A stretch of 64,000 nt of DNA, taken from positions 7,688,001-7,752,000 of the forward strand of contig JBHGNT010000011.1 in NCBI GenBank assembly GCA_043228905.1. The letters run 5' to 3'. Position 1 is the stretch's first letter; the number at the start of each line of letters is the position of its first letter. This stretch comes from Azolla caroliniana (taxonomy: Eukaryota; Plantae; Polypodiophyta). Both the position numbers and the translations under genes were made by a program. The notes under the pieces are model-generated. The model did no database searches. It was not told the DNA's origin and was given only the letters and a program-made list of their open reading frames with translations. Shown piece after piece: positions 24,150 to 36,958 of this stretch.

Positions 24150-24372
24150 AACCGGATGAGGAGTATCCGGCTTCGAAGAGCCGGATGGTGCAGACCCGGG
24201 GAGAACCGGATAAGGAGTACCCGACTACGGAGAGCCGGATGGTGCATACCCGGTGAGAACCGGATGAGGAGTACCCAGCTACGAAGAGCTGGATGGTGCA
24301 GACCTGGTGAGAACCGGATGAGGAGTATCCGGCTAGGAGAGTCGGATGGTGCAGACCCGGTGAGAAGCGGAT
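24150..24372 (+). repeat. 57-bp tandem repeat array in the U3 region of the family F LTR (~4 copies)
   Basis: Unit resembles aaccggatgaggagtacccggctacggagagccggatggtgcagacccggtgag. The solo LTR has fewer copies. Confidence 0.85.
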
Positions 24373-26287
24373 GATGAGTGCCCAGCAAGATCCGGATGAT
24401 GCAGGCCCGGTGAGGAGCACTCTCCGGATGAAGAGACATATTCGTAAATATGTTTCTGAGAGTCCATCGTGGCTATATTTGTAAATAGCCGAAAAGTCAT
24501 ATTAGTATAAATATGACTTAGGGAAAACTTTTGAGTGTGTTGTTATTCTTGTCTGCGCGAGATTAGAGCGCGTAACTGTGTACAGAGAGAGAGGAAGAGG
24601 TCCTTGCCTCTATTGTAACCGCCACCTATGGCGAAGATAGAGAGCTCGAGGTTGTTGCCTCGGTGCTTTACTGTTGTATACTGTAACATAGTGATAGTTT
24701 GCAGCCTGTGGGCTGCCATGGTTTTTTCCCTAGTTTGGGATTTTCCACGTAAACATCCTGTGTACTCTTCTCTTCACTGTGTCGTGCATTCATTCCTGTT
24801 TTTTGTGTATGATTCTAAGCTCAGTTTTGGCCGAGCGTTACGCATAACGAGCGTTGTAGTTACCGTCATAAAGCACCCTCCTCCCACCTGGTAAGGAAGA
24901 GACTCGGAATCGGCTCGAGACGGGCCCTACCTTGAGCGGAGGGGTCCAAGGCTCTTCCGGAGGAACGGTTCTGGAAGAGCTGACGCAAATGGTGCACAAC
25001 CTCCAGATCGCAGAAGCACGGAGGGACGACGGCGGTCAACCTCGTGACTGAAGGCCGCTGACGGCGCAGCGATGCATGTGGTGTGACGTTGTCGGTCACA
25101 TCCGGAAAGAATGCGCGGAGTTCGCAAAGGCACTCCGGGCCAACGTGGTGTAGCTCTGGAATGGGCGGGTGCATGCGGGTGACACGCGAGAAGCCCTAGA
25201 GTTGAACACCAGGCGCGGCGGGATGAAGCGCTTGATGGAAGAAGCCGCGGCGCGACATGCAGAGGCCATCCACTACTCCGCGTTGGCGGGTATCCGGGTC
25301 AGGGGCGACGAGGGCCGGAAGATGAAAGACTCTGGATTCTAGCCGTTGGTGCTGGAAGGCCTCTCTGGGGTACAACTAAAGAAGGAGGAGGCGGACCATG
25401 CGGAACAGCGGATCCGGGAGGTCACCGGATGGGACAACCCGATTGAAGAAAAGACTGGCTTCGTGGAAGCCGCATGCAAAAACTACGAGGTCCTGGTAGA
25501 AGACAAGCGTACGGGAAAGGTTGGAGGGGCCGGTCCCTCACAACGATATGAGACCCGGTTCAGACCAAAGCAGAACAAGGCCCGCAACACCGAGGTGCCG
25601 GATAAAATGAAACGAGCCGATTACCGACTGAGCATGGAGATTGAGAGGTCAACGGACCTGCAAAAGGTCCTCGAGGAGCGGATTCTCGATAGCAAGGTGG
25701 AGTTGTTGCTGAGGGAGGTGCTCGGAATCACCAAGAAGGAGTTCCACGACCCCATTGTGGATTTGGTGAAGCAACGCGCCTAGAAGACACGGCGGCCCTA
25801 GAGGATGAGTTGGCGGACAGCTACTACTCGCGAAGCCACATTGGGCCAGAGCCACTACGGAGACCCCTGTCCGGGTTGGGGACGTGCAGGAGTTGATGGT
25901 GGCATTGATAGACCACGGCTCGGAGATCAACCTGATGTCCATGGACTTCTACAAAAAGGGGAAGTGGCCGATCAACACCAAGCACGGGTGGAAGATAGGC
26001 GCGGTGACACGCGCTACGGCGGAGCTGCATGGTGCGTGCCCGAATGTACACGTAAAGATCGACGAAGTTGAGGTAGATCAACACTTCTTTGTGCAGGAGA
26101 CCTCCTCGCACCCGGTGATACTCGGTGAGCCATACATTACCGCGTCACAGATGGAAATGAAGGTGCTTGACAATGGATCGGCGTACGCGCGAGTGAAGAG
26201 GCAGGACGAACAACGCTTCGTTCAATTTTTGACGGTGAGGCCGAACCATGAGCGTAACCGTGAGACCCCCGGCGGCGAGAGCCGAGG

Positions 26288-26355
26288 GGATTTTTAGAGA
26301 GGGCTATCAAGGTGTGGGGTTGCGATAGTCCAAACACCCCGGAAGAACCCCACAC
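26288..26355 (+). promoter_or_regulatory. Predicted -1 ribosomal frameshift signal (GGATTTT + 6-nt spacer + H-type pseudoknot) between protease and RT
   Basis: G_GAT_TTT then TAG. Stem 1: gggctatc 26301-26308 with gatagtcc 26324-26331. Stem 2: gtgtggggtt 26312-26321 with aaccccacac 26346-26355. The -1 frame is open and joins pol once the 107-bp duplication is removed. Confidence 0.7.
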
Positions 26356-26393
26356 ATGTACCATAGATAGGAAATTTTGGTTCTCCGATAACA

Positions 26394-26607
26394 GAGGTTG
26401 TACTATGGCCGGCATCGGTGGCCGGGAAAAGAAGCGGGCGGAAGAAAGACTCAAGGCGTACGGAGTCCTCGGCCTTGGCGAAGAGATTGGCAGTGTCGTA
26501 GAGGTTGTACTATGGCCGGCATCGGTGGCCGGGAAAAGAAGCAGGCGGAAGAAAGACTCAAGCCGTACGGAGTCCTCGACCCTGGCGAAGAGATTGGCAG
26601 TGCCGTG
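26394..26607 (+). repeat. 107-bp tandem duplication that shifts the pol frame
   Basis: gaggttgtactatggccggcatcgg... occurs at 26394 and 26501. The peptide RGCTMAGIGGREKK appears in two frames. Confidence 0.9.
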
Positions 26608-29600
26608 GAGGTGGTCTCCTTTGATGACACCTTGGGGGAACTACACGAGGTTGTCGAAGGAGGCCTTAGTGAAGACTGGGTAGTTCCGGTTAGTTCGGTG
26701 GAGATGTACAAAGTCATCACTGACTTTGGGGAAAGGGTCGGGCCCGCTCGGATGGCCTGCGTGAATACCAAGTACAAGACTGTGGACCAGAAGGTGAGGC
26801 CAATCGTGGCACCCTTGCTGGAGGGCAGCGGAGAGTGGATAAAGGGGGTCGCATCGGACCCGAGTTTACGGCAACCGATCGGCATAGGGCACCGATTCAC
26901 CGACATAACGGTACGGGAGCTCAAGGTCAGTGGGGGTGGGTTTCTACTGCCGGCGGAGGAGGACCGGTTTCGGAGGATGCTCGAAAGGCACAGGAAAGCC
27001 TTCGCATTCTCGCCAGAGGAGATCAGGTGCATAGACCCGACGATCATGGAGTCGATGGTGATATTCACGATGCCGCATGTGCCGTGGAATCTCAAGCTGA
27101 TTTCGATACCCAGAGCTCACATCCCGAAGTTGATGGACCTACTGAAGCAGAAAGTGGAGATGGGCATCCTCGAACCGTCGAGCGCCCCATATTCGAATCA
27201 GTGGTTTACCATGCCAAAAAAGAACGGCACGTTGCACTTCATTCAGGACTTGCAACCGGTCAACAAGGTGACCATTCATAATGCAGGTATCGGACCGACG
27301 ATAGATGAGTTCGCAGAGGCCTTCGCCGGAAGGTCAATCTATTCGGTCCGTGATCTGTACTCGGGGTACGATCAGTTCCAACTAGCCGTGGAGAGCAGGG
27401 ATATCACGACAATGCCGACCCCTCTCGACTTAGTGTGGATGTGTACCCTGCCGCAAGGAGGGACAAACTCGGTGGCGCACATGGTGAATGCGATGAACAA
27501 GGTGCTGAGGGACTGCATCCCAGACATCACCATGCCATTCCTGGACAACATCCCGATCAAAGGATGTCTAGTGGAGGATAAGGACGAGGCAGTTCGGCCG
27601 GACGGATGCCGGAGGTTCGTCGTGGACCACATTAATGACTACGAGAAGGTGTTGCAAAGGTTGGAGGATGTGCGGCTCACCTTCTCCGGAGAGAAATCGG
27701 CGTTCAACCAATCGATGATCCTAGTGGTCGGTCACCTGTGCGGGCCCTACGGCCGGAAACCGACTCCGGCAAAGATAGAAGCCATCTTCGTAATGAAGGA
27801 AGAGTGCAAGTCGGTTATGGAGGTGCGGAGGTTCCTGGGTGCGTGCGTGTTCTACCACATCTGGATTCCGCACTACACACACGTCACAGAACCACTTTAC
27901 AGGTTGCTGAAGAAGGGGTGCAAATTTGAATGGGGCAAGGAGCATGCGGAGTCGGTCCGGACACTGAAGGAGGCGCTTACCGCAGCACCGGCTCTCAAGA
28001 AAGCGGTTTATGGCAAGGATATCCCCATCTATGTAACCATTGACACAAGCCCGACCGGGATCGGGTGGGTGATCAATCAGGGGGACGAGAGCAGCGCGCA
28101 GCTCCCGATCCGGTTCGAGGCGAAGGTTCTCAGTGAGCGACATCAAGGATACGCCCAAGTTAAGCGCGAACTATGGGGTATCGTTTCAGCGGTTAAGGCC
28201 GACAAAGATTATCTTATAGGGACGGAAGTAATAATCGAGACGGACTGCCTACCGATTCTCGGTATGATTTCTGGATGCGCGACTCCGGACCTGGCCATGC
28301 TCAAGTGGATCGCGTACATCAAGTCCCTAAATCCGGAGATACGACACATCTCCGGGAAGGACAACGCCATGGCCAACATGCTTTTGAGAGCACGGTTCGA
28401 CAACGAGGACGGCATGGTTTCGGAGGACGTGAAAGTCGGCGCAGACTTCTTCGAGACGGCATACATAACGAGGGAGAGGAGCCCTCCGGTGCTTAACGAA
28501 TTTCACGAAGGCGAGTACGACGGTGAGTGGCTCCAGATCGATAGATTCCTGAAGACAATGACGCCAGATATAGCGTGGACAAAGGAAGAGGCTAACCGGA
28601 TCCGAAAGAAAGCTTACTGGTTCTTCCTACGAGACGGGAACATATGGAGGCACCCTAAGAAGCAAGGTCGTGTCCCACTCCGCATAGTAGCAAGAAAGGA
28701 CAAGCAGGACATGTTGCTTACGGCGTACCACGAGTGTCCTTGGGCCGGACACCGCGGGACATGGGCCTCGTTCGAGAAACTGAAAGAGAAGTATTGGTGG
28801 TTGGGGTTGTACCGAGATGTATAACAATTCATGACGACGTGTGAAAACTGTCAGATGTAGTCCGCAATCTGGCATCGAGATGAGCTGCACCCGACCTACC
28901 CGCCGACCATCCACTTCAAATGGATGGTGGACTTAGTGATAATGCCGATGGGTGTAGGGCAAATGTGGTATTTGGTGCTTGCGCGGGTGGATTTAACGAA
29001 CCAAGTGGAAGGCCACGCACTAACGAAGAAGACGACTGCAGTGGTATGCCTATTCCTGATCGAAGAAGTAGTGTGTCGGTACGGATGTGTAGGGAAAATC
29101 GTGGCAGATCGGGGAGAGCTGAACGCGCAGGAAGTTGAGGAGTTGTTCGACCGGTTAGGGGTCAACCTGTCCCTCACTACGGCATACATTCCAGAGGCGA
29201 ACGGGAAGGTAGAATGGGGACACAGACCGATCGTGAAGGCTCTGGTACGAGCATGTGAAGGGCAATTCGGGAATTTGCCGCGGCTTCTACCCTACACGTT
29301 GTGGGCAGACCGGACTACGCACAGTTCGGTGATAGGGTTCATGCCGACAGAGTTGATGTACAGGCAAAAACCGATTATGCCAGTGGAATGGACGATCACC
29401 TCGTGCGCCGCGGTGGACTGGAAGGACGAGATGAGCTAGGAAGAGTTGCTCGCGGCGCGGATTCGGCAGCTCGAGCAACGACCGGAGGACATGGAGTAGG
29501 CGATGGCGAAGCTGCGCATGGCGCATGAAAGGAACAAAGGCCGGTTCGACCGAACACACCGGCTTAGACCAAAGAAGATCGAGGAAGGCGACTGGGTATT

Positions 29601-30540
29601 TGTGTACGACAGTAGCCTCGATAATCAGCACAAGGAGGTCCGTAAGTTTGCGAGGAGATGGTTCGGGCCCTACACGGTGACAAGCGCGAACGACAACGGC
29701 ATGTATCATCTCGCGGAGCTCGATGGTACGCAGATAACGGTACCAGTGGCCGACAAGAGCGTCAAGATGTTCAAGAAGTGGCACGAGGACGAACCGGACC
29801 CGGTGAGCGCTGGTGGTGGCGATGCCCGAATCGAGGAAGGCGAGGGTTCAAAAAACGACGAGTGATCTAGGGCCGGTTTCCACCAAGGTTGTTCCTACTT
29901 GGCACGTACCAGTGGACGTGCGGTTTGCTGGGGGTGGATGTCGTGGAGAAAACTGCCCCTAGGAGGAATCAAGGAAAGGGGCGTGACCCGATCGTTTTGT
30001 GTGTGTATGTGTTTATGAATTGTACATAGCTAGGAATAGATCGGCTAATATACATATGTACTAGAAAGGGTGTTAATTGTTTAGGGAATCGATGCATATC
30101 TCTGTCCGAAAGGACAAAGAATAAATTTGATGTAACGGCATCCTCGGCGACCTATAAAAGGAAGGGGAGAGGAAGATGGTAATATCACGTTTTGGTGAGG
30201 AAGAAGTGTTGTCGGACTGGGAACCGAGCTCGCTCCTCCTCAACCGTTACTCCCCACTACGTTTCTAGGCAGGTTGCCTCTGTTGCGTGTAAGCCCGTGT
30301 GCTTCCAGCGGAACCTCCTCCGTGCGTTCTCTATGCCGTCCGTGTGTGTGCGTGGAACCTCCGTTTTGGGTCTGTTGTCGGCTTGCCAGTTGTAATCGTT
30401 GTTGACATTGTAATTGAATCCATTGTTCCCTCTCTCTCTCTGTTTCTACGAATCGCTCTCCCTCTTCTTTCTCATGCTCCTTGGTTCAGGACCCCCGCGG
30501 TCCCGCCTCATTTCACATGCAAGAGCATGAGAACACGACA

Positions 30541-32789
30541 ACGCGTATCAGGGCGGCGACAAGCTAAGGCCAATCATACAACAATATCTTATGATACTAT
30601 TTCCACCCCGAGGTCTGCCTCCACCACAGCCCAGCAAACCCACGCCGCCGCCACGTTCTGCGAAATGGAGGTTAGCGGAGTTGGCTACCACAAAATGGGA
30701 AGATAAACCACAATCTTCCCAGCCCAACACGCGGACAAGACAGGGAGAACGGCCGGCGAGCAGAGAGGAAGCTCCGCAGGAGCAGGAAGCCGAGCAACGT
30801 CAGGAAAGCCCGAGGCCGAAACAGCGTAGGGTGGATAGGAAAGATGGGCGCGGACTAGTCAAAGACACAACCGCGGACAAAGACACAACTGCAGACACAG
30901 ACACGAACGCCTTGGTTGACAGTTCCACAGCTACAGAGCCCAACACCACTTTCGAAATAATCTGGGAACCACGGCTGATCATTACGGCCTAGTCGCAGCG
31001 AGGGAAAGGCATACTCACGGTGGAAAGCGAAGTCCTAAAGTACCCCGACATCCCGGATACAACCCATGAGTTCGGTGCGCTACTACAATTTGGAACAACT
31101 TACGAACTCATGGAATTTTTGGCAATGTAGCAAATCAAGGTATCGCAGAGAATGGCGGAGGAGCGCGCAGAACAACAGATGATTGAGCGAGTGCTCACAC
31201 AAACAGTGGAAAGTGAGGATGAAGGGCCCCTAGCCAAGGTAGGCAGGCAACAGAATGCGGGGATTCGGCGTATGGGCATCGAACTACCTCCATTGAATGC
31301 AGCCATGGTCGAGGTACATCAGGAATTGGCTAGAGTGAGTGTGGGGGCCAAGGATATGGCTAGCAAGAATAAAAACGTGTGGAAAACAGTCAAGATGACT
31401 CAAGCCCAATTACATCAGGCCCAAGTGTGCATTACGAAGCTCAAACAGAGCGTCACTAGGGTGCCACAAAATCCCGAACCAGCAGCGGGTGAGGACCTCT
31501 CAATAACCCTAAAGAGGAGATTGCCGCACAACAGGCCATCGTTGCTAAAGCAAAAAGGGCTGCACATCTTGCGGAGTCCGAGATTGACCGCCTCCACTTT
31601 GAACTCCGCCAATCTTCCGACAGAGAAAAGGACATCCGGGCCAAGGGCCTAAAGGAAGTGAAGGCACTCGAAGAGAAACTCGAAGCGGAGGCAAGAGCGC
31701 ACACCCGCATGAAAGAAGAAAACACCAAACTACGGGAGGAAGCCCAAAAGTCGGAAGCGGCGATCGCAAGACTCCGGGCGTTATTGGAAAGGAAGAAAGC
31801 ATGGTACGACGAGCAGCTCATACGAGAATAGGAGGTGAGGCATCAGGTCGAAATCTGCCTGAACAATGAAATGGGCCGACTGGAGGAATTACATTCGAAG
31901 GAATCTCAGATATGGGCAGGAATGAAGAGCAATTATGAGGACGCGGTTGCGGTTAGTAAGAAAGAAATTGAAAACCTCAAAACAACCCTAGAACAAGCAC
32001 AAAACCGCTGCCAACTAATAACAAACAACGTGCGCATACTTCTTCAAACAAATCAGAAGAGGTTTACGACGCAATTACAAGCGGCGCTAGACAAAGGCTG
32101 GATGGCATGGGAGGACCATAGGAAAGAAGGCGGAGTTGCATAACTACCGGGCGGACTGGGAGGACCGTAGGAAAGAAGGCCGAGGTTTCTACAAACTCAA
32201 TGAGGAAAGCATTGCGGTAGTACGCGAGGACCTAGCATAGGATTATCGCATGCTAACAGACCAGCACTCCGAGGAACTCGCGCAGCTACTGGATAATTTC
32301 GGCAAAATTCAGGAGGATATGTTTCACTGAATCATGGAAGCAAGCAACACGCGGCAAAGAGCAGAGCCCATCACAATACCAGAAAGTGATATTGTCGAAC
32401 AAGAGGAACCTCAACCCAATTCACCGGAGATGACAACTACGTCAGGCAGCACGCGGCAAAGAGCAGAGCCCATCGCGATACTAGAAGGTGAACCTCAGCC
32501 AAATTCACCGGAGAGGACAACTATGGCCGGCAACACTGAGGAAGTTACGGATAGGACAAACCCTCAGCCTATCGAGAGCCCGCAGTCGGAAGAACCAGCC
32601 ACAGTAGAACGGAATGAGCTAGCAGAGTCGGGTCCGCCCACGCACGGAGAAGTTGACACCATGGAAAACCCCACCGAGCAAGTACAAGACATGCAACCGT
32701 GCAACAACGCGCCTACGGGCACTACGCCGTCCCCAGACCAGTATGTAGGAGCAAAGCCAAACATTCGGGATATTTGGGAGGAAGAATAG
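30541..32789 (+). pseudogene. Degenerate extra 3' ORF of element D (low-complexity and coiled-coil protein)
   Basis: Consecutive ORF pieces 30591-30992, 31152-31652, 31835-32143 and 32334-32789 are rich in E/K/Q/R with heptad-like character, and end just before the 3' LTR. Confidence 0.55.
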
Positions 32790-35700
32790 AGGGATGGGTC
32801 TGACGTGCCATGGCATTGTCCCACAAGTGTGCCAGGTGTTGTCCGCCGGAATCGTAACCGACGGACAGAAGTGCAGAAACATTATAATATAGTAAAGCGT
32901 TAAGAAACGCAACGCATGTAACGGTTCACGCGGGAAGCGTGAACGGCTAAAAGCCCTGTGTATATAAAGGGCAGAAATCCTCTATAAGAGGTAGCATGTA
33001 ATTTTGAGTGCATAACGTTTTTCTAATAGAATCTTATCTTCTCTTACCTCTGTGCATTATCTGTGTCTATCTGCGTAACAGTCCATTGTTACTCTGTTGC
33101 GTACTATTTAAATCGTAAGTGTGTGTAAGCGTAGGTGCGTGTACTAGTGCACTTCGTAAGGAGTTTGGTTGTAGCCGTCTCCCTTATACGCTACCAGGAT
33201 ACGAGATGGTATCCCATTACTCCTTACGCGAAGATGGTTCCATTCCTTGTAACATAGTCACCTTGAGGTCTACCTCGAAGGACTGAGCGTAGACAGTGTA
33301 CCTAATCAGTAACAATGTTACAAGTCAGTCGGCATAGGTGAGGTCCATGTCGATTCCTCCGCTACCTCCGATGCTGCTATGTACTCGGCCTCTGTGGTCG
33401 ATAGAGTCGTGCACTCTTGAAGTTTCTACCTCCATGATATCGCACCGCCACCATAGATGCTTTATGAATTGGCCGTAGGAAGTATCATGTACGCATCTTT
33501 CCATTATGCTCTCTCTCCTTTTACATTGAAGGAGAGTCTCTATCCGATAGTCGGATCAACGTCGGAAGCGGTGTTGGTGCTGGCTTCGCATTCTCCATAT
33601 TGAAGCGCTTCAGCACCTTCCGGATATAGTCGGACTGGGAGAGTCAGAGAGTCTTGGTCATCCGATTTTGCTCGATCCTCATGCCGAGTATGTGATAGGC
33701 TTGTCCGAGTTCCTTCATCGCGAACTTGTCGTGAAGGCTCTACTTTAGCTTTCCGATCTCGGCTTGATTGCTTCCTACAATCAGCATGTTGTCGACGTAT
33801 AGGATCAGATAAATCCTAGACTCGTTGGCTAGTTGCTGAATTTACATGCATGGGTCGAAGTTAGATCAATGGTATCCAAGCTACCTGATGTAGGAGTCAA
33901 ACTTATGGTACTACATCCTCCACACTTGTTTCAAGCCATATAGACTTTTCTTTAACCGAAATACGAGGTGATTTTCCTCCCCCGTTGCCGTGAAGCCGGC
34001 CAATTGAGACATGTAGATGTCTTCTTCTAGATCTCCGTGTAGGAATGTCATCTTTACATTCAGCTGCTCTAGCTCTAGGTCTTCTATCGCCACAACTCCT
34101 AGTAAGAGTCAAAGGGTGGTCATCTTGACTACTGGGGAGAATATCTCATTGTAGTCGACCCCGTATTCTTATTTGAATCCCTTCACAACGAGCCGAGCTT
34201 TGTACTTGGGTTTTTCCAAGTCAGATACATATTTGTATCAGAAAACCCATTTGTAGGGTAGTGGATTCCTTCCAGCTGGTAGTTCAACCAGCTCCCATGT
34301 CTGATTCTTGTGAATTGAGTCCATTTCAGATTTCATGGCTTGTGGCCATGTGTTGGCGTCCGTTGCGGCCATAGCTTCTTCATAAGTGCTTGGTTCGCCT
34401 GCATCGATGTAGTTGACATAGTCGAGGCCCGGTTGAAAAAACTTTGTTGGCCTTCGAGCTTGTCCAGATCTCCTGGGTGCTGAGATAAGGGGTTCGGATT
34501 CTTTGATCGACTCGGTTGGGCGATCGGTATTTGTTGAACCATTTGTGTCAGGAGTCTTGTTAGGTGACCCACCCCCAAGTCACGATTTCGGTGGTGTCAC
34601 GTTGTCCTCCCCTAGGGACTTTGTCGACTCGGTTCTGTTTCCTACTCGCATCTTGTTGACTTTGCCTACTTCAACTCTTGTTGAGTCAGCTCTGTTGTTG
34701 ATGGCTTTGTCTTCGAGTTCGACTAGTGGACTTCCTACTGATTCGGAGTCAACAGGTATGTTGTCGGCTTGTTCAAGTTCGATTGTTTGTTGAATCTCTG
34801 AGTTGATCCGGTGGGTCAGTCCTTCTACGACGTCTCTATCATCTTGGAAGGATATCTTTTTACCATCTATTTTCTACTAGTTCCGCTGAGAGAAGATAGA
34901 GTCTTCATTGAAGACTACATCATTGCTATCAGTTTCCGGTTCTCAGGGTCCCATAGCCTGTAGCCGAATTCCCCATCGGTTCCATAACTGAGAAATATGC
35001 ATTTCGTTGCATGGGGTGCCAATTTTGTCCTTTTATCTCTGGGGATGAATGCGTAGGCTTCGCATCCGAATATACGGAGCCTATCGTAGGTCGGTTGTTT
35101 GCCTAACCATAGTGCATGTGGCACTTCGAGCCTGATTGCTTTTGCCGACGCCACATTTATCAAGTATATTGCCGTCTCCAATGCTTTTGCCCAGAATTCC
35201 AGCTTCAGTCCGGCTTGCTGAAGCATTGACGTCATCCTCTCCTAGATCATTCTGTTGATCCGTTCTACCACCCCATTTTGCATGGGTGTGTAGGGAACGG
35301 TCTTTTGATGTCGGATCCCTTTGTTGGACAGGTATTGTTTGAAGGCTCTGGAGGTGTACTCACCTCCATTGTCGGATTTGAGTGTCTTCACTTTGTGTCC
35401 CGACCGGTTCTCCACTTCAGATATCCACCGAGTGAAGACCTCGAGCGCTTCGTCTTTGGACCTGATCAAGTAGGCCTAGACCTTCCATGTACAGTCATCT
35501 ACAAAGGTGATGAAGTACCGGGAGCCTCCTAGTGATCACTCTAGCATGGTCCCACATATATCTGTGTGCACGAGCTCTAGGGGCTATCGTACCATCTCGT
35601 AGTAGAGAGTGTGCAGACTTTGGGTCAGTTTCCCATATCGACAATGCTCGCAGAAGTCCTTCTTTGCTTGGAGTTTTGGGATATAGCCTGCCTCCTTTAG

Positions 35701-36153
35701 CCGATCAAGTCCGGCTTGAGACATGTGACCGAGTCAGCCATGCCATAAGTTTGGGTCGGTCTTTTCGGCTAAGTTCACGGCCCCTTCTGGATTGATCTCC
35801 ATTAATGGGTACAGGTTGTTGTACTTGTGCCCGCCTCCTATCTTCAAGTTTCCTCGGTTGATCATCCATACCGACTCACTTGGAATCTTTTTGTACCCGT
35901 CTTCGGCTAGCATGCCGATGGAGACCAGACTCCTTTTCAAATCAAGTACATGCCGAACTCGGTGCAGGGTTATTGTGTTGCCATTTGGCAATCGGATGGG
36001 AACCTCTCCAGTCCCTGCAATTCTGCACTCTTGCTTGTTGCCTAGACGGACTATGCCGCTGGCATCGACTGAATAGTCCGAAAACCATTCAATGTTGGGG
36101 GTCACATGGAATGTGGCACCGGAATCCAATAGCCACATGTGTGCATCCTATGC

Positions 36154-36509
36154 ACCGTAGCGGACTTCTTCGATCACTGAATCCTCTAAGGAGAGAACTT
36201 CTCCTGATCGGGAGTTGGCGATGTTGATTTGGTTGCCGACTGGAGAGTGGTCCGAGTCGGGTCGTCCTCAATTCCACTTGGATCGCCAACCACTCTCTTT
36301 CCTCTTGATTGACCAACATTCAGAAACATTGACCGTAGCAGACTTCTTCGATCACTGAATCCTCTAAGGAGAGAACTTCTCCTGATCGGGAGTCGGCGAC
36401 GTTGATTTGGTTGCCGACTGGAGAGTGGTCCGAGTCGGGTCTTCCTCAATTCCACTTGGATCGCCAACCACTCTCTTTCCTCTTGATTGACCAGCAGTCA
36501 GAAACATTG
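36154..36509. repeat. ~178-bp tandem duplication inside Copia C
   Basis: accgtagc(g/a)gacttcttcgatcactgaatcc...cagaaacattg occurs twice. Confidence 0.88.
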
Positions 36510-36864
36510 CCGACAGCTTTTCCACAGTGTGTGTAGAATTCGCCTGATCAACCCGTCCTCAACTTCAACCGATGTCAATCTCCCCTCATTTTTGATCGGT
36601 TGGTATTCCGACCGGTTCTTCTTCGAAGTTGATCCCTTGTGAGGAGAGTTCTGACAACACCTGGCTGAAGGTGTTGATGTGGGAGGTACCCAAATCGGTC
36701 TCTCATCTTCATGTTGAACAATTGTTTGGTCAAAATCAGTTTTGAAGATGAGGACTTTTTCTCGTACATGGCTTGTAGTGTAAAAGAATAGCGTGCGGAA
36801 GCAATAGAAAACAGAAAACAGAAACGCAGGTTTAACAGAGAGCTTGAATATACGCAGTACGCGG

Positions 36865-36873
<9 letters not shown>

Positions 36874-36957
<84 letters not shown>
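36874..36957. repeat. (GA)n microsatellite in the LTR
   Basis: About 42 GA units. Confidence 0.95.

Positions 36958-36958
<1 letters not shown>

Larger units (their letters stand above)
17976..24868 (+). mobile_element. Ty1/Copia element (family F, Tnt1-like) lacking its 5' LTR; degenerate gag-pol 17986-24053, 3' LTR 24064-24868
   Basis: Gag MFKLTGSNYS..., CFYCGKPGHFQKNC, WVVDSGASFH, integrase VRADNGGEY, RT LLLYVDDML, RNase H GFTDSD. PPT gaaggtggag precedes TGTTGGG. Confidence 0.92.
24869..30540 (+). mobile_element. Ty3/Gypsy element (family H), 5'-truncated: gag end, protease 25884-26297, RT-RNase H 26398-28824, integrase to 29865, 3' LTR 29939-30540
   Basis: ALIDHGSEINL; RT DLYSGYDQF...LPQGGTNS...FLDN; RNase H VTIDTS...KRELWGIV; integrase H(E)CPWAGH...C, VADRGE, KFARRWFGPY. 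PPT ggggg precedes an LTR with ends TGTCGTG...CACGACA. Confidence 0.92.
9761..33314 (+). mobile_element. Ty3/Gypsy-type element (family D); LTRs 9761-~10224 (3' end lost) and 32837-33314
   Basis: Near-identical ~470-bp direct repeats starting TGTTG. TSD ATGTT at 9756-9760 and 33315-33319. Orientation is inferred from the LTR TATA box and the 3' ORF. Confidence 0.88.

Noticed and set aside
24150-24372. CRISPR-like array
   Set aside because: The repeats are head-to-tail with no unique spacers, lie inside an LTR, and there are no cas genes.
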